Position numbers and translations under genes: made by a program. 64,000 nt of DNA from contig JAQWUU010000011.1 of assembly GCA_029241985.1 (NCBI GenBank), positions 21,687 through 85,686 of the forward strand, read 5' to 3'. How positions within the stretch are numbered: the stretch's first letter is position 1; every line of letters begins with the position of its first letter. Positions 1-8,052 of this stretch are shown in pieces. Under the pieces are notes generated by a model, which was not told the DNA's origin, did not search any database, and was given only the letters and a program-made list of their open reading frames with translations. This DNA comes from Aquiluna sp. GTDB taxonomy: Bacteria > Actinomycetota > Actinomycetes > Actinomycetales > Microbacteriaceae.

Positions 1-2
1 AT

Positions 3-275
3 CGGCAGGGAGCCGATGTCGGCGACCAGTACCGTTCTGCAATGTATTACTCCACCGAAGATCAAAAAGCTGAGTTTGAATCCGCCATCAAGCGAGCCAT
101 AGAGATCTGGGGCGAAGACATCGTCACGGAAATTACACCGTTGCCTGAACTTTTTGAGGCCGAGGAATACCACCAGGATTACTTTGAGAAAAACCCGAAC
201 CAGGGTTACTGTTTGGCGGTTGTCGCACCAAAGGTTGCCAAGGTGAGGGCAAAATTCACTAGCCTGCTGAAATAG
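3..275 (+). CDS. msrA: Peptide methionine sulfoxide reductase A (5'-partial)
   Basis: The frame is open from the window edge: RQGADVGDQYRSAMYY...AEEYHQDYFEKNPNQGYC, the MsrA RQGxDxGxQYRS and AEEYHQxY motifs. Confidence 0.95.
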   Translation, partial: RQGADVGDQYRSAMYYSTEDQKAEFESAIKRAIEIWGEDIVTEITPLPELFEAEEYHQDYFEKNPNQGYCLAVVAPKVAKVRAKFTSLLK

Positions 276-279
276 CGAG

Positions 280-288
280 TTATCCACA
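280..288 (+). promoter_or_regulatory. Perfect DnaA-box 9-mer (TTATCCACA) upstream of ssb
   Basis: Exact match to the canonical DnaA box in the 85-bp msrA-ssb spacer. It is a single copy, so function is unproven. Confidence 0.45.
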
Positions 289-360
289 GATTCCAGAATG
301 GTTGCCTAGGGCTCTAGAAAAATTGCGAAACTTTCCCGCAACACAAGGAAAGGATTTTTT

Positions 361-765
361 ATGGCAGACAGCTTCACAGTGGTCGGTTTGGTCGCGACAA
401 CTCCTAGAAACATCATCACGTCAGATGGCTTACCGGTCACTTCATTTCGCTTAGCCTCCAGCGCCAGGCGATTCGATAAGCAAACAAGTCAGTGGATTGA
501 TGCCGACACAAATTGGTTCAGCGTCGTGGCATTTAGGCAGCTGGCTGAAAATACGAACAATTCAATATGTAAGGGCGATCGTGTGCTGGTTTCGGGCCGA
601 CTAAAGGTTCGAGATTGGGACAACGGTGAGCGGACCGGAACCACCGTGGAAGTAGAGGCGGAGGCTATCGGGCATGACCTTCTGTTTGGCACCAGCACCT
701 TTGAGCGAGTATCCAAGGCTGCTGAGAACGCTGAAGATTCAGAACCTGCGCTCCAGCCCGCGTAG
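361..765 (+). CDS. ssb: Single-stranded DNA-binding protein, short secondary (SsbB-like) paralogue
   Basis: OB-fold motifs VTSFRLAS..RRFD, KGDRVLVSGRLKVRDW, VEVEAEAIGHDL. 134 aa, no acidic-Phe C-terminal tip. Upstream of ettA as in other actinobacteria. Confidence 0.93.
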   Translation: MADSFTVVGLVATTPRNIITSDGLPVTSFRLASSARRFDKQTSQWIDADTNWFSVVAFRQLAENTNNSICKGDRVLVSGRLKVRDWDNGERTGTTVEVEAEAIGHDLLFGTSTFERVSKAAENAEDSEPALQPA

Positions 766-804
766 GTTCTGATGTGGCCTGGCGCCCCCAAAACACCAGG
801 CCCA

Positions 805-901
805 AAAACTCCTCTTCGTCGGATGCAAAATCAAAAGCAGTGCGCTTTTACACTGGGCTAAACTTGGCCCGAGCAATCGACGAAGAGGGGTTTTCCTTTT
901 T
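805..901 (+). ncRNA. Candidate structured cis-acting RNA (three-way junction plus U-tract) in the ssb-ettA spacer
   Basis: 805-821 pairs with 878-894 (17 bp, one G-U). It encloses hairpins 833-849 and 855-870 and is followed by TTTTCCTTTTT. The wobbles pair only on the + strand. Confidence 0.5.
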
Positions 902-923
902 CCAAATCTGACGGGCAATAATC

Positions 924-2606
924 GTGGCTGAATTTATATATCAAATGATCAAGACGCGCAAAGCGCATGGCGACAAGGTCATTCTTGATGACGTGACCCT
1001 AGCTTTTTACCCTGGCGCGAAGATTGGCGTAGTTGGACCAAACGGTGCCGGTAAATCATCTGTTTTGAAAATCATGGCCGGGTTCGACACGCCTTCAAAT
1101 GGTGAGGCAAGGCTTGCGGAAGGCGCTTCTGTAGGGATGCTGATGCAGGAGCCTCCTCTCAATGAAGAGAAGACTGTGCTGGGCAACGTTCAAGAAGCCG
1201 TGACTGAAATTATGGGTCAGATAGATAGATTCAATGAAATAAGTGCAGAGCTCGCAAACCCTGATGCTGATTACGACACTCTATTGTCCGAGATGGGAAC
1301 CCTTCAGGAAAAAATCGATGCGGCTGACGGTTGGGACTTAGAAAACCAACTCGAACAGGCGATGGACGCCCTTCGCTGCCCGCCGGGTGACACTCCTGTC
1401 ACTCATTTGTCCGGCGGTGAGAGGCGCAGAGTTGCGCTTTGCAAGCTGCTCTTGCAGAAGCCCGACCTGCTGCTGTTGGATGAGCCCACAAACCATCTTG
1501 ATGCTGAGAGCGTGCTCTGGCTGGAGCAACACTTGGCTCAATACGCGGGTGCGGTTTTGGCAGTTACTCACGATAGGTATTTTCTAGACAATGTTGCCGA
1601 ATGGATTCTCGAGCTGGATAGAGGAAGGGCCTATCCGTACGAGGGTAATTACTCGACCTACTTAGAAAAAAAGCAGGAGCGCCTACAGGTCGCTGGCAAG
1701 AAGGACGCCAAGCTAGCAAAGCGGCTTGCTGACGAGCTCGAATGGGTGCGGTCAAGCCCTAAAGCCAAGCAAACTAAGTCCAAGGCCAGACTCTCTCGAT
1801 ACGAGGAGATGGCAGCGGAAGCGGACAAGACCAGAAAGTTGGACTTCGAGGAGATTCAAATTCCACCGGGGCCGCGCCTGGGTGACATCGTGATCGAAGC
1901 AAAAAAGATTTCAAAAGGCTTTGAGGATCGCAAGCTCTTCAGCGACCTAAGTTTCTCGCTACCGAGAAACGGAATAGTCGGAATCATTGGTCCCAACGGT
2001 GTTGGTAAATCCACATTGTTCAAGTGCATAACTGGGATGCATGAGCTGGACAGTGGCGAGCTAAAAATTGGTGAGACAGTTTCGATTAGCTACGTTGACC
2101 AATCTCGTGAGGGTATTGATCCGAATAAGACACTCTGGGAAGTAGTTTCTGGAGGGCTTGATTACATGCAGGTCGGTCAGGTTGAGATGCCGTCACGCGC
2201 CTACGTAGCGGCCTTCGGGTTTAAGGGTGCTGACCAGCAGAAAAAAGCCGGTGTGCTATCAGGTGGTGAGCGAAACCGCCTGAACCTCGCTCTTACTCTG
2301 AAACAAGGTGGAAACCTGTTGCTCCTTGACGAGCCCACTAACGACTTGGATGTCGAGACCCTCGCGTCTTTAGAAAATGCTCTGCTGGAGTTTCCTGGTT
2401 GCGCAGTCGTTATTACTCACGACAGGTGGTTCCTAGACCGGGTGGCAACTCACATCCTCGCCTATGAGGGCACTGATGAGACGCCTGACAAGTGGTACTG
2501 GTTCGAGGGTAACTTCGATGCCTATGAGGAGAACAAAATTCAACGACTCGGGGCTGATGCTGCAAAGCCACATCGCTCTACTTATCGCAGACTCACCCGC
2601 GACTAG
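924..2606 (+). CDS. ettA: Energy-dependent translational throttle ABC-F ATPase
   Basis: MAEFIY start, two ABC cassettes (GPNGAGKS, LSGGE, LLLDEPTN twice), linker LADELEWVRSSPKAKQTKSKARL; 560 aa; GTG start. Confidence 0.96.
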   Translation: MAEFIYQMIKTRKAHGDKVILDDVTLAFYPGAKIGVVGPNGAGKSSVLKIMAGFDTPSNGEARLAEGASVGMLMQEPPLNEEKTVLGNVQEAVTEIMGQIDRFNEISAELANPDADYDTLLSEMGTLQEKIDAADGWDLENQLEQAMDALRCPPGDTPVTHLSGGERRRVALCKLLLQKPDLLLLDEPTNHLDAESVLWLEQHLAQYAGAVLAVTHDRYFLDNVAEWILELDRGRAYPYEGNYSTYLEKKQERLQVAGKKDAKLAKRLADELEWVRSSPKAKQTKSKARLSRYEEMAAEADKTRKLDFEEIQIPPGPRLGDIVIEAKKISKGFEDRKLFSDLSFSLPRNGIVGIIGPNGVGKSTLFKCITGMHELDSGELKIGETVSISYVDQSREGIDPNKTLWEVVSGGLDYMQVGQVEMPSRAYVAAFGFKGADQQKKAGVLSGGERNRLNLALTLKQGGNLLLLDEPTNDLDVETLASLENALLEFPGCAVVITHDRWFLDRVATHILAYEGTDETPDKWYWFEGNFDAYEENKIQRLGADAAKPHRSTYRRLTRD

Positions 2607-3481
2607 GAGTATTCGGGGATTCTTAGCATGCCCTCTTGAGCTACTGAGGCAACGAGCGTCCCATCGCGATTGAAGATTTTCCCGGTTGCCAAGCCTCGAT
2701 TGTTTTGAGCTGCGGGGGAGTGTTGCTGGTAGAGCATCCAATCTGAAAAGTCCGGTTTCGCATGGAACCACATTGCGTGATCGAGGCTTGCGGATGAGAG
2801 TCCTTTATGAGCCCAACTAATCCCGTGATTGCGCATGATCGATTCGAGAATCGAATAATCACTTGCGTATGCCAGCGCGGCGAGTTCTATAGTCGTCTCC
2901 GTTATCAGAGGACTAATCGGCTTGAACCAAATTGCTTGATTTGGTGTGGCGTTTTTGGCTGGCTGGAGGTAAATCGGTTCACTTGTATGCCTAAGGTCAA
3001 ATGGCCTTGCCTTGGCCCAATAATTAGTCGCGGGGTGGTCAAAAGCTTCCAGTAGTGAAGCCGCCGAGGGCAGACTTTCGGGTGAAGGTATGTCTTTTGG
3101 TATGTCATCGGAATGAGTAAGTCCTGGACTTGGATCTTGAAACGAGGCAATCATCGAGAAAATCGCTTTTCCATTCTGGCTTGCTTGAACTCGCCTCGCT
3201 GAAAAGCTCCTTCCATCGCGCAGAACATCAACTTCGAAGCTAATTGGAAGGTCAACCTCTCCGGCTCTTAGAAAGTAACTGTGCAAACTGTGCGCTGGGC
3301 GGGTGTCGACAACTGTCAGGCTGGCTGCGACCAGCGCCTGGGATAGAACCTGCCCACCGAACACTCTCCCGTGCGGCATCCATTGGCTTTGGCCCAAAAA
3401 AGTGGTGTCATCCTGCTGCTCTAAGTTCAGGATTCGCAGCAGGTCCGCAACTGGGTCTGTAGGAATGTTTGATTCTTGCAT
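2603..3481 (-). CDS. tesB: Acyl-CoA thioesterase II
   Basis: RVFGGQVLSQAL, HSLHSYFLR, RDGRSFSARRV, ASLDHAMWFH and VAQEG motifs. Confidence 0.93.
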   Translation of the reverse strand: MQESNIPTDPVADLLRILNLEQQDDTTFLGQSQWMPHGRVFGGQVLSQALVAASLTVVDTRPAHSLHSYFLRAGEVDLPISFEVDVLRDGRSFSARRVQASQNGKAIFSMIASFQDPSPGLTHSDDIPKDIPSPESLPSAASLLEAFDHPATNYWAKARPFDLRHTSEPIYLQPAKNATPNQAIWFKPISPLITETTIELAALAYASDYSILESIMRNHGISWAHKGLSSASLDHAMWFHAKPDFSDWMLYQQHSPAAQNNRGLATGKIFNRDGTLVASVAQEGMLRIPEYS

Positions 3482-3506
3482 CGAAACCTTCTTTCATTGG
3501 CTAGTT

Positions 3507-3512
3507 TAGGCT
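3507..3512 (+). promoter_or_regulatory. -10 hexamer TAGGCT of a probable leaderless promoter
   Basis: TANNNT exactly 6 nt before the ATG at 3519, with no Shine-Dalgarno sequence. Confidence 0.5.
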
Positions 3513-3518
3513 TCGACT

Positions 3519-4178
3519 ATGGATAAGAATCTTGTTTTTCTAGACAGCAGCGACTTGGCGGATTTCAGTGCTTTTTTGAAAAGAGCACTCAGATTAGACG
3601 TCAACGGTGCTGTTAAGTTGCGAGCCTTTGGGCAAGTGCTTGCAGCCTACGTGAGTCCGATTTACGCTGGCTCTCTTGTTGGCGACGGACTCACTGTTAT
3701 TGGCTTGAGAACTATGAACCTGGCGTCAAAAATCGAGTTAGATGGCCTCTATTCAATAGAGCAATTTCTGCTTGGGCTTGATAAAAGCATTGAAGAGCAA
3801 GTGCTCACCGTCTCCACGCCGCCCACCATTGGCAGGATTGGCTGGGCTGGAGTCACGCCACCAAGACAGGGCTGGGTTCTCAGTGGGGAAATTGACTCTC
3901 AAATAGTTTCAGATTGGGCCAAAACTGGAATTGCCGAAGTTGCAGAAGCCCTCCCCGAAAGCGTTGGGAGTGCAATTGCAGCAAGGGTCAGACTTCAAAT
4001 CTGGGGCAAAGCGGTTGGGGTTGAGCATAATTTCCCAGCCGGCTCCGCGTTCGCGATGGCAGGACTAGGTTTCTTGCAAAAAGGGTTGCCAGTCAAGGTG
4101 TTCCGGGCGCACGGGTGGATAAGGCTCACCTCTGAATTTGGCCATGTGTTAGCCCGGGAAAGCTTTAAGTTTTCTTAG
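3519..4178 (+). CDS. Conserved actinobacterial hypothetical protein (recalled as resembling M. tuberculosis Rv2474c)
   Basis: 219 aa; DLADFSAFLKRALRLD..AVKLRA at the N-terminus, FALAGLGFL-like and WIRL at the C-terminus; ettA/tesB/globin neighbourhood. Confidence 0.7.
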   Translation: MDKNLVFLDSSDLADFSAFLKRALRLDVNGAVKLRAFGQVLAAYVSPIYAGSLVGDGLTVIGLRTMNLASKIELDGLYSIEQFLLGLDKSIEEQVLTVSTPPTIGRIGWAGVTPPRQGWVLSGEIDSQIVSDWAKTGIAEVAEALPESVGSAIAARVRLQIWGKAVGVEHNFPAGSAFAMAGLGFLQKGLPVKVFRAHGWIRLTSEFGHVLARESFKFS

Positions 4179-4552
4179 TCCTCAAAGCTGTTGAGCATCG
4201 CTTGGGCAGCGCGCTCCAGGTAGTCCCAGAGCTCGTCCCTGTCCAATTCGGCAAGCCCCAAAGAGTCCACTGCTTCTTTCATCTGCGCAAGCCAGGCTTC
4301 TCTGGCTAGTGGGCCAATCTTGAATGCTCCATGCCTCATTCTCAGCCTTGGATGCCCTCTGGTTTCTTGATAGGTGGTTGGGCCACCCCAGTATTGCTCC
4401 AAGAACATTTGAAGCCGTACTCTGGCTGGCTCTAGATCTTCTTCTGGATACATAGGTTTGAGAATTGGATCGGTTGCTACCCCATTGTAGAAATTGGTAG
4501 TTAGCCTGTGAAAAACTTCTGCCCCACCTACTCGGTCGAAGAAATCGTGCAA
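4175..4552 (-). CDS. glbO: Group II truncated haemoglobin
   Basis: FYNGV, LEQYWGGP, GHPRLRMRH (proximal His) and REAWL motifs; TTG start. Confidence 0.92.
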   Translation of the reverse strand: MHDFFDRVGGAEVFHRLTTNFYNGVATDPILKPMYPEEDLEPARVRLQMFLEQYWGGPTTYQETRGHPRLRMRHGAFKIGPLAREAWLAQMKEAVDSLGLAELDRDELWDYLERAAQAMLNSFED

Positions 4553-5413
4553 TTACTTGGCCATGTTAATCTTGGTGGCGCTGAGCAAGCTGATGTTCTT
4601 TGAATCGAACGCCTGTTTGCACCTCTTGCGCAGCTCTCTTGAGACTGCCCATTGGCGATTCGGCAAAGTTCTGATTGAGATTCGAACCACGAACTGCTCA
4701 CCTGAAACGTGTTGCATTCCCCAGATGTCGGCATCTGCGATCATGTCCGTGGACCACTCCGGGGACTTTCTCATTCCATTAGCCGTGTCTTCAATAATCT
4801 GCTGGACTTGCTCAACGTCGTTTTCATAGGCGAATGGGAAATCAAGCAGCGCTGCAGCCCACTCCTGCGAGGCGTTTCCAACCTGAATGATTTCGCCATT
4901 TCTTACAAACCAGAGAGTTCCGTGTATGTCTCTAACTTCGGTAACCCGCAGACCCACTCGTTCAACCTCACCTGAGACAGTTCCAATTTCCACCCAGTCA
5001 CCGACACCGTACTGATCTTCAAAAACTATGAAAATGCCGGACAGGATGTCCTTCACCAATGATTGAGCACCAAAACCAATTGCCGCGCCCAAGACAGTAG
5101 ACACTGCTATCAGCGCCCCGACGTTTATCCCAAGCTCACTGAGGGTCATCACCAGAGCGGTTATTGCGATTGCCCAGGTCGCGAAATTATCCAGCACCGA
5201 AGCAATTGTCTTGGTCCTCTGAGTGAGCCGCTGTTCAGCCAGGATCGCATCCATTCGCTCATCCTGCTTAACTCTTTGAACCCCGGTGACAATGGTCTTG
5301 ACTATCCGCTTGGATGCCACGCTTAGGAGAAGCTTTAGAACAATCGCTGATACCAGGATTACCAGGATCGAGATCAAGGTCGACCATTCGGTTAGAAACT
5401 CAGTAAATGACAT
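4553..5413 (-). CDS. Small-conductance mechanosensitive channel (MscS family)
   Basis: Three TM segments, then IGFGAQSLVKDILSGIFIVFEDQYGVGDWV and RVTEVRDIHG. Confidence 0.92.
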   Translation of the reverse strand: MSFTEFLTEWSTLISILVILVSAIVLKLLLSVASKRIVKTIVTGVQRVKQDERMDAILAEQRLTQRTKTIASVLDNFATWAIAITALVMTLSELGINVGALIAVSTVLGAAIGFGAQSLVKDILSGIFIVFEDQYGVGDWVEIGTVSGEVERVGLRVTEVRDIHGTLWFVRNGEIIQVGNASQEWAAALLDFPFAYENDVEQVQQIIEDTANGMRKSPEWSTDMIADADIWGMQHVSGEQFVVRISIRTLPNRQWAVSRELRKRCKQAFDSKNISLLSATKINMAK

Positions 5414-7971
5414 TAGTTTTCCTCTTCATCTTTTGCTTGAACTTTTAGTCCTCTTTCAAGACCAGCAAGGTTTTCAACCAGAATTCTGCGGAATGCAGGC
5501 TTCGATTTAGCGAAGTCAGAGTCAATAAGAGCCCTCGTCTTGTCGGCTAGGCCCTGATGGGCAAGCTGGACTGGGTAAAGGTTTGTCAGCAGGTAGGAGG
5601 CAATTTGGTATGTTCTTGTCTCCCAGATTCTCTGCGCGACAAGCATGTATTTGTCCGCGTAGTCCTCTAGAAGTTCAGTGTCCGAAACTCTTCCAAAGCT
5701 TGCCGATGCTGAGCTAATCAAAGTATTTGAGTAGGCAGTTTTCTCGGTCAGCTCGGTCCAAGCCTTTTGCTTGTCAGTCTCCGTTGAGAAAGCTGCCCTA
5801 GCAGCCGCGGCGAACTTTTGGCCATTGGCAGTGTTGTCTGCTTTTAGCTCTAGAGCAATGCGAGCCTCGTCGGCTCTATTCTCAACTGCAAGCCCAATCA
5901 GCAGCTCCCAGCGGAGGTCACCGTCCACAGTGAGACCGGTGAGTTTTTTGTCTCCAGAGGTCAGCGAGTCCAGCCAGTCAAGTTGCTTTTGGGTGGAGGC
6001 GAACTGGGCAACGAACTTCGTGAACTGCAATTGGTTGTCACTGCCGGCCTCGGCTGCCTCGGCCAGGGTGATTAGCGACTCGGCCACGTGGACCGCGGTT
6101 TCTTTACGCTTATCTGCCCGGACATACAGCGAAGAGGTCGTGACCAGTTGACGTAGGAGAGTAGTAACCGTGGTGGACTCGGTCTCACCTGATATGTGGT
6201 CAAGAACCAGTTGTATAAAGTCTCGCGGGTTTGCTTCGGCGTCTCTGGTGGTATCCCAGGCTGCAGACCAAACCAGTGTTCGAGCAAGTGAGTCCTCGAT
6301 ACCTGACAGGTTATTCAAGGCAACTTTCCAGGAGTCATCGTCAAGCCTGATTTTTGCGTATGCAAGGTCTTGGTCATTGATAAGAACCAGGTCTGGTTTT
6401 CTTACTCCAATGAGCTCTGAAACTTGAGTGAGATCTCCGGCTATGTCTATTTCAATCCCGAGGCGTCGAGTGAGTTTCCCTCCGCTCAAATCAAACAACC
6501 CAACTCCCAGTCGATGCGGTCTCAAGTGAAAGTGTTCAGAAGTGGCGGTTTGTGAAATCTGAAATTTGGTGAAACATCCATCACTGTCAGTTTCGAATTC
6601 AGGTCTCAAAGTGTTTACACCTGATGTTTCAAGCCAAAGTGAAGACCATTCAGAAAGATCTCTTCCACTTTCCTTTTCAAGCTCAACTAGAAGATCTTTC
6701 AGTTCGGTGTTGCCCCACTGGTGAGCCTTGAAGTAATTACCGACACCCTTCATGAACGCATCTTGACCCACCCAGGCAACCAATTGCTTCAAGACAGAGG
6801 CTCCCTTGGCGTAGGTGATCCCGTCAAAATTCACTTGAACATCTTCTAGGTCATTGATCTCAGCCACAATCGGGTGAGTGGAGGGCATTTGATCCTGCCG
6901 GTAGGCCCAACTTTTTTCGAGTGAGGCGAAAGTAGTCCACGCTTCTGTCCACTCGGTGGCTTCTGCGGTGGCAAGGGTAGAAGCGTATTCTGCAAAACTT
7001 TCGTTGAGCCAAAGGTCATTCCACCACGTCATTGTGACTAAATCTCCGAACCACATGTGAGCTAATTCGTGAAGTATTGTCACCACTCTTCGTTCTTTCA
7101 CGGCATCGGTGACCGCAGAGCGGAAGATGTAGCTTTCGGTGAAAGTCACCGCGCCGGCATTTTCCATTGCTCCGGCATTGAAATCAGGTACCCAGAGTTG
7201 GTCGTACTTTTCGAACGGGTACGGGTAATCAAACAGGCCTTCGAAGTAGTTGAAACCTTGCTTTGTTTTTTCAAAGATGTAGTCGGCATCCATGTACTGA
7301 GCCAGGGAGCTGCGGCAAAAGACGCCCAGTGGAATAGTGTCCGAACTTGAAGATTTGAGCTCGTCGCGCCATTCCGAGTAGGGCCCAGCGATGAGAGCTG
7401 TGATGTAGCTAGAGATTCTTGGCGTCGGCTTAAAGTCCCACCGGGCCAGGTCATTTTCAAGTTGAACTGATTCAGGGGTTGTGGAATTAGAAATTACTTT
7501 CCAGTTACTTGCTCCGATAATTTTGAATTCGAAAGTTGCTTTCAGGTCAGGTTGTTCGAAAACAGCAAACATCCTTCTTGAATCAGGAACTTCGAATTGA
7601 GTGTAGAAATAAACCTCGTCGTCAACTGGATCAACGAACCTGTGCAAGCCCTCCCCGCTGTTTGAAAAGGCTCCGTGGGCCTTCACAACGAGTGTGTTCT
7701 CAGCCTGCAGATTTGGGAGACTAATCCTGACTCCATCTGAATGAGTCACAGGGTCCAAATGCTGGCCGTTCAATTCGATACTCTCCACCGAGGTTGTAAT
7801 GGCATCGATGAAAGTTGCTGACCCGATCTTAGAAGAGGTAAACCGGACCGTGGATGTGTAAGGGAAGGTGCTGGAATCCTTGGTTAGGTCGACTTCCACC
7901 AGGTAGGAATCAACGCCTATCAGACTCGAACGCTCTATCGCTTCTGCGCGAGTCAGGTTTTCTCCAGGCAT
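5413..7971 (-). CDS. pepN: Aminopeptidase N (M1)
   Basis: GAMEN, HELAH(18 aa)E zinc motif and ITYAKG; MPGENLTR start; 852 aa. Confidence 0.96.
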   Translation of the reverse strand: MPGENLTRAEAIERSSLIGVDSYLVEVDLTKDSSTFPYTSTVRFTSSKIGSATFIDAITTSVESIELNGQHLDPVTHSDGVRISLPNLQAENTLVVKAHGAFSNSGEGLHRFVDPVDDEVYFYTQFEVPDSRRMFAVFEQPDLKATFEFKIIGASNWKVISNSTTPESVQLENDLARWDFKPTPRISSYITALIAGPYSEWRDELKSSSSDTIPLGVFCRSSLAQYMDADYIFEKTKQGFNYFEGLFDYPYPFEKYDQLWVPDFNAGAMENAGAVTFTESYIFRSAVTDAVKERRVVTILHELAHMWFGDLVTMTWWNDLWLNESFAEYASTLATAEATEWTEAWTTFASLEKSWAYRQDQMPSTHPIVAEINDLEDVQVNFDGITYAKGASVLKQLVAWVGQDAFMKGVGNYFKAHQWGNTELKDLLVELEKESGRDLSEWSSLWLETSGVNTLRPEFETDSDGCFTKFQISQTATSEHFHLRPHRLGVGLFDLSGGKLTRRLGIEIDIAGDLTQVSELIGVRKPDLVLINDQDLAYAKIRLDDDSWKVALNNLSGIEDSLARTLVWSAAWDTTRDAEANPRDFIQLVLDHISGETESTTVTTLLRQLVTTSSLYVRADKRKETAVHVAESLITLAEAAEAGSDNQLQFTKFVAQFASTQKQLDWLDSLTSGDKKLTGLTVDGDLRWELLIGLAVENRADEARIALELKADNTANGQKFAAAARAAFSTETDKQKAWTELTEKTAYSNTLISSASASFGRVSDTELLEDYADKYMLVAQRIWETRTYQIASYLLTNLYPVQLAHQGLADKTRALIDSDFAKSKPAFRRILVENLAGLERGLKVQAKDEEEN

Positions 7972-8052
7972 TTGGCTTTTTCTTTCATTAAGAGTTTGTT
8001 TCTAAACAGCCTAGAGGCATCAGATGGTTATTTACTGGGCAATAATTGATTT

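Noticed and set aside
280-288. Replication origin suggested by the DnaA box
   Set aside because: It is a single box with no cluster, no AT-rich unwinding element and no dnaA/dnaN nearby.
489-791. 100-aa minus-strand ORF
   Set aside because: It is an antisense shadow of ssb with no motifs. The same applies to the many other short ORFs nested in or opposite recognised genes.
776-802. 6C RNA suggested by the C-rich hairpin loop
   Set aside because: Only one loop has a C-run (5 C); 6C RNA needs two C-rich loops.
913-922. GGGCAATAAT shared upstream of ettA and the antiporter (8037-8046)
   Set aside because: The distances to the start codon differ (1 versus 6 nt) and the genes are unrelated; most likely chance.
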